DNA from: Spirochaetia bacterium
GTDB taxonomy: Bacteria > Spirochaetota > Spirochaetia > SZUA-6 > Bin103
NCBI GenBank assembly: GCA_965198005.1
Contig: CBDAOI010000002.1
Span: forward strand, 736,001-800,000
Direction of reading: 5' to 3'
Length of the DNA: 64,000 nucleotides
Both the position numbers and the translations under genes were made by a program. The notes under the pieces were generated by a model, which did no database searches, was not told where the DNA came from, and was given only the letters and a program-made list of their open reading frames with translations. The number at the start of each line of letters is the position of its first letter. Positions within the stretch are counted from its first letter, which is position 1. Of the stretch, positions 9,848 through 20,856 are shown one piece after another.

Positions 9848-10867
9848 ATGGCAAAAACACTATCGACGCTTTCCGACGACCTCGCGTCGGCGATCGAGTC
9901 GGCAGGACCCGCGGTCGTGCGTGTGGAGGCGACACGTCGCCTGGGGGCATGCGGCCTGGCAACTGGCTTCGTCTGGTCGCCTGATGGGGTCATCGTCACT
10001 GCTCACCACGTCGTTGAACGAGACGACAACATTAAGGTTGGCCTTGCCGACGACCCCGCCAGTTCGGTGCCCGCAACCCTTGTGGGGCGCGACCCGACTA
10101 GCGATATCGCGGTCCTGCGCACCGACGCCAGGGACCTCACGCCACTATCATGGGCCGATCAGAGAGTCCCTGCCAACGATATTTCTATCGCCGGTTACAC
10201 CGAATTCGCGGACAACATACGAGTCGGGCACATGGTGTTCGCTCTGGGAAGACCCAGCAAGACCGTCCAGGCAAACCTGGGAATCGTCGGCGCGTTCGGG
10301 TTTGCGGGTCGCTACTTGGTGACCGATGTCGCGATGGACCCCGGGTTCCCCGGCGGGCCTCTGGTCGATGCCAGCGGAAAGTTGTTGGGACTGAACACCA
10401 CGGCTCGTCAGCGGTACGGATTCAACGTCGCACTGGGGAAGCCTACGTTGATCCCTGTCGTCGATGCGCTGCTATCCGAGGGGCGCATCCGCAGGGGCCA
10501 GATCGGAGTTGGGACTCAGCCAGCCCGGTTGCCCGACGGGCTCGCAAAGGAGCTGGGTCAGGAGAGCGGACTGCTACTGGTCTCGGTGGAGCCGGGCAGT
10601 CCTGCCGATAAGGGCGGCCTGCTCGTGGGCGACATCATCGTCGGCCTGCACGGGGTTCCTGTGGGGAGCCATTATGACACTGGTCACAAGCTGGACGACC
10701 TCCTCAGTCACCAGGGTGCCCCAACCGCTCGTTGGTTATGGGCGATGACTTACTTGATCCATTCACAGTTGCTGAGCGACGCGACGAGTGGGAAAGCACT
10801 GTCAGTAGAGATAGTGCGTGGAGGCACAGTCCGGGCGCTTCGGGTGGTAATCGACGAGCAGAGCTAG
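9848..10867 (+). CDS. S1C (HtrA-like) protease-PDZ protein; catalytic Ser position is Pro
   Basis: TAHHV, DIAVL, PGFPGGP, PDZ motif SVEPGSPADKGGL. Confidence 0.85.
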   Translation: MAKTLSTLSDDLASAIESAGPAVVRVEATRRLGACGLATGFVWSPDGVIVTAHHVVERDDNIKVGLADDPASSVPATLVGRDPTSDIAVLRTDARDLTPLSWADQRVPANDISIAGYTEFADNIRVGHMVFALGRPSKTVQANLGIVGAFGFAGRYLVTDVAMDPGFPGGPLVDASGKLLGLNTTARQRYGFNVALGKPTLIPVVDALLSEGRIRRGQIGVGTQPARLPDGLAKELGQESGLLLVSVEPGSPADKGGLLVGDIIVGLHGVPVGSHYDTGHKLDDLLSHQGAPTARWLWAMTYLIHSQLLSDATSGKALSVEIVRGGTVRALRVVIDEQS

Positions 10868-11074
10868 GTGGGTCGACAGGCAAGCAATAACAGCTCCCCA
10901 CAGAAATCGATTAAGACGACCGCGGTGTCCACCGAACCTGCCGCCACCGCATCCAACAGGGCCGAGAGCGGAGTTGGCTCGCCAACTCTTGAGGTGCCCG
11001 CAACGGAAAACCGACGCTCCAGACGCGGATGTCGCGCTGCGCACCGCCCTGGATGGAGATACGTTTGTTGCGGC

Positions 11075-11295
11075 ACCTACGTCGCAAGCACGATCACGTG
11101 AGCACCGAACGCGTCTGTCCCGGCATGGGCATACCGAATTTGTATCGGTTGATGCGCAGGCAGCCGTTGGCTGAGGAGTTCTACGCCGCCTTTACCAGCA
11201 AGGGGCGAATGGCCGAGGTGCTCGCCGACATCCCGGCACAGGTGATACTGAACCCCAAGGTCGCGCTGTTGGGCGCGGCGAGAATCGGTATGGAG
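11075..11295 (+). pseudogene. glk: Glucokinase C-terminal fragment with internal deletion
   Basis: HVSTERVCPGMGIPNLY...FTSKGRM...IPAQVILNPKVALLGAA. Confidence 0.7.
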
Positions 11296-11379
11296 CGGCT
11301 CTCCGGTAGCGCGCCGGAGCAGTGGCAAACGCGGCAGCGTGACCTCGTCCGTGGCGGAAGGGGTGGCTACGTGGAACGA

Positions 11380-12564
11380 CTAACGCATCTCCGCTTCCGA
11401 CATCCGCAACTGCGCAGCTAGCTCGCGGAGGCCAATTGCCTCGACGTCAGGAGTCAAGGCATACCGCTCAGTGCCCGAGTACACTACGAACGTACGCGTG
11501 GGCCGCAGGTCGGCGCACGCATTTCTGAGTCCTTTGGACGCCCCGGGATCGAGCCCACGTTTGATCTCGACAGCCCAGCTACCCCGCGAGCCGCCGAGCT
11601 CCAGAACGAGGTCCACTTCGGCGCCAGCTGCCGTTCGGTAGAAGCTGACATCGGCCCCAGGGGCAGCGGCAAGCAGCGACTCGATCGCATAGCCCTCCCA
11701 ACTCGAGCCGACGACTGGGTGTCCGAGTAGATCGTCGAGTGTCTGGAGACGCAGCAGAGCATGGACGAGTCCCGAGTCTCGCACATAGATCTTGGGCGAC
11801 CTGACCAGCCGCTTGCCGACGTTGGCATGCAGCGGTTCCAGACGCCGCAGCAGCAACAGGTCGACCAGAAGATCTAGGTAGCGGGCGACGGTTGTCGAGG
11901 ACGCGCCGAAGCTCGCCGCGAGCCGCGACGCGTTGAGCAGCTGGCCCTGATTGTGCGCCAGCATCGTCCATAACCGGCGAAGCGTCTCGGCCGGAACCCG
12001 TGGCCCTAGCTGCGGGACGTCGCGCTCGAGGTAGGTCCGGATCAGGTCCTGCCTCAATAGAAAGCTGTCGGCATCCGTGGCGGCCAATAGACTGTCGGGG
12101 AACCCACCGCGCAGCCATAACTGATCCTGCTCGTTGCGATCGGGCGGAATTTCGGGTGCGGTCACGGGGCCCAACTGGACATACGCGATGCGGCCAGCAA
12201 GGCTCTCTCCTGACTGACGCAGTAGGGCGACCGAAGCGGATCCGAGGATAAGGAACAGGCCTGTGCGTCGCCCGCTTCGGCGTGCTCGGTCGATGACTCC
12301 CCGCAGCACCTGAAACAGATCCGGCGTGCGGTGGATCTCGTCGAGGACGATGAGCTTGTCGGTGTGCCGCTCCAGAAACAGCTCCGGAGCCTGCAGCTTG
12401 GCAACGTCCTGCGGCGCTTCCAGATCGAGATAGACGGATGGCCGAGATCGCGCGATCTTGAGTGCGAGGGTGGTCTTGCCGACCTGGCGCGGACCGACGA
12501 TCGCCACGGCTGCTTGCCGTTCGAGGGCAGCCACCACCTGACCTTCGACCGCGCGTTCTATCAT
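11380..12564 (-). CDS. AAA_14 ATPase with DUF4143 domain
   Basis: GPRQVGKTT, LDEIH, GSAS, ESLAGR, RGGFP, SPKIYVRDSG, EVDLV..VEIK. Confidence 0.92.
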   Translation of the reverse strand: MIERAVEGQVVAALERQAAVAIVGPRQVGKTTLALKIARSRPSVYLDLEAPQDVAKLQAPELFLERHTDKLIVLDEIHRTPDLFQVLRGVIDRARRSGRRTGLFLILGSASVALLRQSGESLAGRIAYVQLGPVTAPEIPPDRNEQDQLWLRGGFPDSLLAATDADSFLLRQDLIRTYLERDVPQLGPRVPAETLRRLWTMLAHNQGQLLNASRLAASFGASSTTVARYLDLLVDLLLLRRLEPLHANVGKRLVRSPKIYVRDSGLVHALLRLQTLDDLLGHPVVGSSWEGYAIESLLAAAPGADVSFYRTAAGAEVDLVLELGGSRGSWAVEIKRGLDPGASKGLRNACADLRPTRTFVVYSGTERYALTPDVEAIGLRELAAQLRMSEAEMR

Positions 12565-12601
12565 CCTTGCATTTTCTGCGCGATTCTTGAAATTTGCAAG
12601 G
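12565..12601. promoter_or_regulatory. Operator-like inverted repeat abutting the AAA-DUF4143 start
   Basis: CCTTGCA...TGCAAGG arms in an AT-rich patch. Confidence 0.45.
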
Positions 12602-12725
12602 ATGGGGGATGGGGTTGTTTGATCTCCTCGAGATTTGCCCCAATCTCCCTCGAGATCTGCCCCAGCCCACCTGGACAGCCGGCGCGCGGCGATCTAACCT
12701 CCATAGCCCCCCAGAGCCCGCAACG

Positions 12726-13835
12726 ATGTCCCACGCCGATTCCCGACTCACCGATTCGCAACGGGCCCATCCGCGTCGCCCCGACGCTCTGCCGCCCCTC
12801 GCCGGGGTGCGGGTGATCGATTTCAGCCACTACCTGCCCGGCCCTCTGGCAGGCATGCTACTGGCCGATCAGGGAGCCCAGGTAATCCGGATCCGGCGTC
12901 CGCGAGCGGCCGCTGACGTGCAGCCGGCCGCTGGGGCGCAGCCGGGCGCTGACGTGCAGCTGGGCGCTGGCGTGCAGCCGGCCGCTGGCGTGCAGCCGGC
13001 CGCTGACGTGCAGCCAGCCGCTGGCGCTCAGCCGGGCGGCGACGTAGCCGCGGAGGCGGTGTTCGATCGCGGCAAACAGGTGCTGACCCTCGACCTGAAG
13101 AGCGAGGCCGGCCTAAACGCGGCGTGGCAATTGGTGAGCTCCGCCGATGTGTTGATCGAGAACTATCGGCCTGGAGTAATGCAGCGTCTTGGTCTGGGCG
13201 TGGACGAGGCAACGCGGCGCAACCCACGGCTGATCTACCTGTCCCTGCCTGGTTTCTCATCCATCGACGGCGATCACGCATCGCTGCGCGCCTTCGACGG
13301 CATCATCAGCGCCGCCACCGGCATGTTCACCGATCTCAACCGCCGCCGCCGCGAGCTGGAGGCACCGCCGGTGTTTACACCGCTGCCGGTGGCCTCCGCC
13401 TACGCAGCGGTCCACGGTGCGCTGGCGGTGACGCTGGCCCTGTACGCGCGCGAACAGACCGGCCGTGGCGAGGCGTTGGGCACCCACGACCAGCTGCTGG
13501 CCGCTGGCATGATCGACCACCCGTGGTTAGATTAGAGGACGCCAGCACCACCAACAACCTGCGGCATCCGGGCAACCTCTCCGCGGAGTGGCGATCCACC
13601 ATCAGCGAAAAGATGGCCGCCGCCTTCGTGCGACAACCCGCCGAATTCTGGGTGGCGAAGATGCGCCAGGCCGGTGTGCCGTTCAGTCTCTGCCGGACCA
13701 GCCAGGAGCGGCTGCACGCAGCCGAAGTCGAGGAGTCAGCGCTGAGCGTGGTGGTAGAGGACCCGGTACACGGCCCGGTACGGCAGTTCGGGCTGCAGAC
13801 CACGCTGGGGCGGACGCCAGACGAGTGCCTAGTGC
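12726..13835 (+). pseudogene. CaiB/BaiF CoA-transferase III, broken
   Basis: PLAGVRVIDFSHYLPGP, DRGKQ, ADVLIENYRPGVMQRLGL; stop at 13535 with a further fragment in another frame. Confidence 0.82.
12912..13037 (+). repeat. 7 x 18-bp in-frame tandem repeat
   Basis: Units GCTG(A/G)CGTGCAGCCGG(C/G)C encoding ADVQPA/AGAQPG-like hexapeptides. Confidence 0.9.
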
Positions 13836-14125
13836 TCAGGTCGTCCAGGCCCTCGGCATGGCGGGCTGCGGCCGCGGTGAGCGCATCGCGCGCGGCATCC
13901 ACCCACTCGGGGGTCGCGAAGGTGAGGTCGCCGATGCCGTCGGCCATGGCGGCCAAGAGGACCGACGCGGTGGCTGGGGCGGCTGCGGTGGCTGGGGCAT
14001 CAGGCTGGTGGTGTTGATCTGGCATGGTGGGCGGAGTGTGGCGTGGATTCGTCCCGCCGGTCGATAGCAGCGATGAGCATGATGAGGATGGCGACGCCGA
14101 CAATCGGCTGGTGCATGATTGGAGT

Positions 14126-14452
14126 GTGAAAAAGCGCCTCCGAAAGAAGCTGCGCCGGTTTGAGTTCCGCGAGCTCGGATTCGAAGTCCGGTTCTTGGTT
14201 GCCGAGACGGTGATCGACGATGCGCTGGACCGGTTCTGGGATGAGCTCATCGGCGAGGGAATCGAGGGAGCAGGCTTGATGTGTGGAGGTGGCGGTGACC
14301 ACGCGTGGGAGCTCGTTGTCTTTCGCGCGCGTGGATGCGCGACGGACGCGGATCGGGTGACGCTCGCAGAATGGTTGCAGCGGCATCCGGCCGTGAGCGA
14401 TGTAGAGGTCGGCCCGCTATTCGACCTCTGGCATGGTCCGGATGCGCCTTAA
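14126..14452 (+). CDS. yggL: YggL/DUF469 family protein
   Basis: RLRKKLR..EFRELGF, GGGG, WL..HP.V..V.VGPL.D.W. Confidence 0.8.
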   Translation: MKKRLRKKLRRFEFRELGFEVRFLVAETVIDDALDRFWDELIGEGIEGAGLMCGGGGDHAWELVVFRARGCATDADRVTLAEWLQRHPAVSDVEVGPLFDLWHGPDAP

Positions 14453-15330
14453 GCGCTTGCTGGGCGTGCGATTACGGTGTCCCGGTCCGCCAACAGGCTC
14501 CGCTGGGCCTCTGGGAGCGGGATCTCACGGCGGGTTCGCTCGAGAAAGAAGCTGAGGTGGGTGTAGCCACAGCTCTCGAGCAGCGCCAGCGCCGAATCGA
14601 ACCCGTCGGCGACGCGGTCGGGGTCGTGGGCATCCGCGCCAACTACCACCGGGATGCCGCGCTGCCGCATCTCGACCAGCATGGCGGGAAACGGGTTCAT
14701 CTCGGCGATGCTCTTGTTGACCCCCGAGGTATTGAGCTCCATGGCGATGCCGGTGGCCGCGATGCGGTCGAGCGAGCGGCAAATGTCGTCCATGATCGTC
14801 GCGGGCTGCCAGACCTCCACGGTTTCGTTCTTGACCAGGTCCGGGTGGGCGAGGCAGTCGAACAGCCCGGTCTCGGCCGCCGCAGCCAGCTGTTCGAAGT
14901 AAGTGCGCTGGTAGGAGCGCGCATCCCCGTCGAAGTAGCGCTGGCGGAATTCAGCAACCTGGGGATGCACGGAGCCGAGCACGTAGTGAAGATCCGCGCT
15001 GGCTAGCTGGCGTTCCACCCAGGGCTCGGTGCCGGCAAAGAAGTCGCACTCCAGGCCGAGGCGCACGTCGATCCGACCCTCCCACTGTTGCCGCGCCCGC
15101 TGCACGAGCTCCACGTAGTCGGCCAGCTGATCGGCGCGCATGCGCGAACTGGCCGAGTACCCGTCCGGCATGGGGTTGTGGCACGTCACCGTCAGGCCGC
15201 GCAGCCCGCGCTGCCAGGCAACTGCCGCATACTCCCCGGGCTCACCGCGGGCATGGTTACACAGCGGCGTATGCGAGTGGGTTTCGTATACCAGTCGTTG
15301 GTGTGGTGTCGGGGCGGAGGCTATGGGGAG
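14449..15330 (-). CDS. PHP-family histidinol-phosphatase (HisJ-like); start uncertain
   Basis: HSHTPLCNHA, TCHNP, GLECD, GSVH, AHPD, ELNTSG, GADAH. Confidence 0.85.
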   Translation of the reverse strand, partial: LPIASAPTPHQRLVYETHSHTPLCNHARGEPGEYAAVAWQRGLRGLTVTCHNPMPDGYSASSRMRADQLADYVELVQRARQQWEGRIDVRLGLECDFFAGTEPWVERQLASADLHYVLGSVHPQVAEFRQRYFDGDARSYQRTYFEQLAAAAETGLFDCLAHPDLVKNETVEVWQPATIMDDICRSLDRIAATGIAMELNTSGVNKSIAEMNPFPAMLVEMRQRGIPVVVGADAHDPDRVADGFDSALALLESCGYTHLSFFLERTRREIPLPEAQRSLLADRDTVIARPASA

Positions 15331-15642
15331 ACCTGCTTGGGGCGCGCGGGGACTTTCAAGCCGGCGCATCCTGGCACGGCGCATCCTCGCACAGGGTGAT
15401 GGGATGGGTCCATAAGGCTTCCTCATCCTCCGCCACCGCCTGTTCCTCGGTTTGGGATTCATAGTGCTCTATCAGTCGTTGCACGCGCGCCTCATCCCTC
15501 GGACGTAGCGTCCTTCATCGGTTTGTCCGATAGCGATACGCGAGCCCTCCCGTCCGGGCCGATCCTCGCCGGGAGACGCCAGTCGCTCAAGCCACCGCGT
15601 GTCGGCCTTCCCTGAGTTATCAGATAATGATAACTTACATTG

Positions 15643-16013
15643 ATGACGGCGCCGAACCGCGATCCCGGGCTCGACACGCTGCTCGACCTTCACGGTGTGA
15701 CGCTATTCGTAGACGAAGCAGGTCACTGGGTGAAGTTCATGGCGGTGCGAACCGACGTAACTGCGGAACGTCCGCACGGGCTCAGCTATTCGCTGACGCT
15801 GCACGCCCCGGACGGCACCAGGCTGGTCGGGTTCGACAATGCGCACCCGGTGAGGGAACGGCGCGACCCGGAACGCGACGACGCTGGCAGCATGACCACC
15901 GGCACCGGCTGCGAACAATCCGGGCCTACGAGTACAGGGACGCGGCAACGCTTCTGGAGGACTTCTGGACGGAAGTGGACGGCGTTCTGAAGGAGAGGGG
16001 ATCGATCCCATGA
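15643..16013 (+). pseudogene. DUF6516-type putative toxin, frameshifted near 15865
   Basis: RPHGLSYSLTLH..G.RLVGFDNAH in one frame; HDHRH..YEY..LLEDFW in another. Confidence 0.7.
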
Positions 16014-16390
16014 AGACGCTGAAGATCGGTATCGCCGGCTATGACCGGATGAAAGCGCGCACGATGGCGATCGCCCGGGGCGAGTACAAGCCCGCCAGGG
16101 GCGAGCCGACGGTCTGGTTCACCTCCATCGAGAGCTTCGCGAAGGTGCTCTCGCAACGCAATCGCGAGCTTCTGGCCATGATTGCCCAGGAGAAGCCGGA
16201 CTCGCTCACCGAGTTGGCGGAGTTCGCCGGACGGAGCACGTCGAACCTGTCGCGGACGCTGAAGACGATGGCGCGCTACGGGCTGGTGGAGTTGAAGGCG
16301 GGGCGTCGCGGCACGTTGATCCCGCGTGTCCCGTACGATCGGGTGACGCTCGACGTTTCGTTGACGCCGCCGCCGCGGAGGGTTGCGTGA
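16010..16390 (+). CDS. Winged-HTH regulator / putative antitoxin
   Basis: FTSIESFAKVLS..NRELL..I...PDSLTELA..GR..SNLSRTL; ATGA overlap with the upstream gene. Confidence 0.8.
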   Translation: MKTLKIGIAGYDRMKARTMAIARGEYKPARGEPTVWFTSIESFAKVLSQRNRELLAMIAQEKPDSLTELAEFAGRSTSNLSRTLKTMARYGLVELKAGRRGTLIPRVPYDRVTLDVSLTPPPRRVA

Positions 16391-16559
16391 AGTGCGCACG
16401 GACGTCCATCAGGCGTGTACCCGCTCCAGTTCCGCCCTTGCCGCCGCCAGCCGCGAGCGCCAGTCGGGCGGCAGCTCCACCCGGCCGGTGAGGCGAAAGC
16501 CGGCGGTCAGGGCCCGCAGCCAATGATAGGAAGAGTAATCGAGAGCCGAACGAGCCTAA

Positions 16560-16997
16560 GAGGGTGTTGACATAATCAAGCGGCGGCGGCGAGTCTGCGG
16601 GCGAGCATGCGTGCGCCAGTAAGCCACACCCAGGCTTCTGATACCGAGAGCAGGCGATCATGGTGCATAATCAGGCGGCGGCACCGTTCGTGCGATACAC
16701 ATTCTCCCAGGGCGGAAACTCACGCGCCTCGCTCCTGCTTCACCCCTGCCTGCCGTAGTGCTTTGCGCACCGTAGCCGCATTAACCGTCAGTTCAGTCCG
16801 CCGCATGAACTCGGCGGTCACTTCGTCAAGCGTCGCGTGGGGTTGGGCGGTGACGATCTCGCGCAGGATTTCGCGCCCGGATTCGTCGATCTTGGGCGGG
16901 CGTCCCTTTCTCTTCGCCAATGATCCTCCCCTGATTACCGTTTGCTCCGGTAATCGACAGCATCATTGCCCATTCAGTTTATTATGTCAACACCCTC
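16560..16997 (-). mobile_element. Internally deleted IS5 (IS1031-like) element, 438 bp, MITE-like
   Basis: Perfect 17-bp TIR GAGGGTGTTGACATAAT, TAA on both flanks; retains the N-terminal HTH (16720-16920) and C-terminal RRLIMHHDRL..VSEAWVWL. Confidence 0.88.
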
Positions 16998-17000
16998 TAA

Positions 17001-17255
17001 GGGCCGGCGCAAGAATAAGTACCTAGTTTTGCCTGTTGTTTCAGGACCGGGGACGGATGGTGTAGTTGCGCAGTGGTTGGACTTGGTGAGGTTCGAGGGC
17101 GATGGAGGCGAATTCAGTATTGGATACCTGGAGGCCCCTCGGGTACTGCTGATCAACCAAGTGGGCGGCCACGCGGAGTCCGGTCTGTGTGGTGGAGGTG
17201 CGGATGTGGTTGAGGACGGTGTCGTAGTCGCGCAGCGGGACGCCGGCCCAGTTTT
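17001..17255 (-). mobile_element. ISAzo13-family transposase 3' fragment
   Basis: KNWAGVPL...TTQTGLRV.A.L....YPRG...NYTIRP. Confidence 0.8.
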
Positions 17256-17363
17256 TGCTGCACCGTGCCGTGAAGATCGTCATCGAGGGCAAAAGCTATC
17301 GCATGGACGCCTTTGTGCGCCGTTCACGGGAACTGCCGCAGTCCTCGGCGGAGCCACGATGAG
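17255..17363 (+). pseudogene. istB: IS21 IstB ATPase C-terminal fragment
   Basis: Translates as LLHRAVKIVIEGKSYRM. Confidence 0.65.
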
Positions 17364-17462
17364 GGTGATGCGGGCCGTGGCAGGGGGGGTGTCCGGATAC
17401 CACCTCGCCGGTGGACGGCGGCCGCACCGCCCGGACCCGTTACGTAACGGAGTGCCGTGACC

Positions 17463-17750
17463 ATGGCTTTGACCAACGCCCAGCGACAACGGCGCTATCG
17501 AGAGCGCCGCAAGGCACAGCAGCCGCGCCTGCATTACCGCACGCCGCAGGACCGCAGGTCGCGACCGCAGCGCTGGCAGGAGGCGGTGCGCACCCTGCTC
17601 GACCTCCAGGGTGAGTACCAAGCGTGGCTCGACAACCTGCCCGACAATCTCGGGGAGTCCGCGCTCGCTCACCAGCTGCAGGCGATTTGCGCCCTTGAGC
17701 TTGCCGAACTGGAGAGCGTCGAGCCGCCGCGCGGGTTCGGGCGTGACTGA
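17463..17750 (+). CDS. Small hypothetical protein, probable IS21-type passenger
   Basis: MALTNAQRQRRYRERR...QAWLDNLP...PPRGFGRD; follows the istB fragment. Confidence 0.6.
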   Translation: MALTNAQRQRRYRERRKAQQPRLHYRTPQDRRSRPQRWQEAVRTLLDLQGEYQAWLDNLPDNLGESALAHQLQAICALELAELESVEPPRGFGRD

Positions 17751-18833
17751 GGGAAACCCGCAGCACGCCCGCTTTAGTTCCTTGGCGGCCCCCGGCGGCC
17801 CCTGGGGCCGCTACGGTGCCGCCAGGGACTCCTCACGGTCGCTACGTGCAGATTCTCCCGTGCAAAAAGCCACTGATTCCGATTTGAGAGAGCCAGCCGT
17901 CCAGAAATGAAAGCCACCCGTCTGGCGCGAACAAACCACTTGGAGGCTGATTTCCGGACGGGGTCAGGTCCGACCCTCCGCTACGCTCCTCCCAAATCCG
18001 TACAGGAGGGACGCCGCGCGCGGGGCGATGGGCCGTTCTGGGGCGCGGCGCGGCGCTCCGGAGGTCCAACCGCGAGCCGCTCGCCGGTCGAGTTCGAGGC
18101 TGCTCGGACAGGACAGGCAGCACGCGCGCCGCTACGCTGACGATCTCGGCCTCGGACCCGACCCCCCTTGCACAACCCAACCGACCTACGCCACCCGGTG
18201 TCTCGTTGCGACATTGATTCTCATCGTGATTGTCGCCCGATTCTCATCCTGATTGTCGCGCCACGCAGAATCGCCCAAAACCGTGGGTTTCACCCTCGAT
18301 CCCGCAGGCGTCTCCCACCGGTCCGGGTATCTTCTGCCCGGTCGCGACTCCAACCTTGCCGCGCTCGCTCCGATGCGCGCACCTCCACTGCCGTGCGCTA
18401 CTCTCTCCGCCGCCACGCAGGGGCTCGTCCCGCGCGGATTCCCCGGCGTGTGCTGCACTGCTTGGATTCGATCTACACACGCACGCTACCAGACGACAAT
18501 CGCCGATCGCTGTTTATCTCCCAATGACGACAGACCGCAGTCCCCGAACGAGAGGTCAGGGTTGACTCAATACTCGCCCGGTAGTACAACCTAAACGACC
18601 AGCCGGGAAGGGGGGTCCCTTTGGATGCCGACCTGGGGTCACTTTGCCTGCCGATTCACACCACGTGCCCCACGACCGACCCAACGCCTGACGGCGCCTC
18701 GAGACCGTCGCCCCCGCCTCCTGAATGGCAGACAGACTGTTTCTCGATGCGAACGTGTTGTTCTCGGCTGCCTGCGCCAGCACCACAACAAGAGCTTGCC
18801 GCACGGTAAGCGCCCTGGTGGGCTCTTGCCGCC

Positions 18834-19816
<983 letters not shown>

Positions 19817-19827
19817 TGTTTGACCGC

Positions 19828-20781
19828 CTACTGGTAGCGGACCCGGGGATCCAGGACCGCATAGACCAGGTCGATCATCAGGTTGATCCCCATCACCGCG
19901 CTGCCGAACACCAGGTTGATGCCGGCGACCACCGGGAAGTCTCGGTCGTTGAGAGCCACCAGCATCAGACGACCCAACCCGGGCAGGTTGAAGATGTTCT
20001 CGATGATGACGGCACCACCCACCAGGATGGGCAACTGCAGGCCGATCATCGTAACCACCGGAATGAGGACATTCTTGACCGCATGCCGCACCACCACCAC
20101 CCGCTCCTTCAGGCCCTTGGACCACGCCGTCCTGATGTAGTCCTGCCGCAGCACCTCCAGCATCATCGTGCGCGTCATCCGCATGGTAGCCGCAGCCAGG
20201 TAGGTCCCCAGAATCAGACTCGGAATCAGGAACATGCCGAGATTCCCCAGCGGGTCTTCGCTGAACGTGATCAGCCGCATCGGCGGCGACCAGCCCCACC
20301 AGATGGCCGGGTAGATCATCACCATCAGGGCCAGCCAGAAGTTGGGCGTTGCCAGGCCCAGGATGGCGATGGAGCGGCCGGCGTAGTCGACCGCCGTATC
20401 CTGGCGAATTGCCGAGTAGATGCCGACCGGCAGGGCTATCGACAGCCCGATGACGATTGACAGCACACCCAGCTCGATGGTTACCGGCAATCTACCGAGA
20501 ATCTTCTCCTCTACCGACCAATCGCCCATCAGTGAGCGGCCAAGGCTGCCGTGCAGCAGGATATCTCCCAACCAGCGGCCGTACTGCACGTAGACTGGCT
20601 GGTCCAGTCCCAGCATGCGCTCGAGCGCTACACGGTCCACCCGCCCCAGGCCTGCCAACCGACTTTGCATGACGTCGATGACATCGCCCGGAATGAAGCG
20701 GACCGAGAGAAAGACCAGGACGCTCAGGATGAACAGGGTGGGGATGACCAGCAACAACCGCCTGATGACGTGGGCTCTCAT
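19828..20781 (-). CDS. dppB: ABC permease DppB-like
   Basis: DYIRTAWSKGL, LDPR; near-identical to 28177-29130. Confidence 0.93.
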   Translation of the reverse strand: MRAHVIRRLLLVIPTLFILSVLVFLSVRFIPGDVIDVMQSRLAGLGRVDRVALERMLGLDQPVYVQYGRWLGDILLHGSLGRSLMGDWSVEEKILGRLPVTIELGVLSIVIGLSIALPVGIYSAIRQDTAVDYAGRSIAILGLATPNFWLALMVMIYPAIWWGWSPPMRLITFSEDPLGNLGMFLIPSLILGTYLAAATMRMTRTMMLEVLRQDYIRTAWSKGLKERVVVVRHAVKNVLIPVVTMIGLQLPILVGGAVIIENIFNLPGLGRLMLVALNDRDFPVVAGINLVFGSAVMGINLMIDLVYAVLDPRVRYQ

Positions 20782-20817
20782 GTGCTACGCCTCATCGCGA
20801 TCTTCGCGTCATTTTGC

Positions 20818-20855
20818 ACCCTCGGAGGGGGACAATCCCTCGTCCCCTCCGCAAG
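20818..20855 (-). other. GC-rich stem-loop between SBP and dppB
   Basis: CGGAGGGG(G)AC...GTCCCCTCCG; related hairpins at 24073-24104 and 29141-29179; no U-tract. Confidence 0.65.
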
Positions 20856-20856
20856 G

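Noticed and set aside
16720-16920. IS630 ORF A
   Set aside because: The TIRs, TAA flanks and IS5-type C-terminal remnant place it in an IS5 derivative
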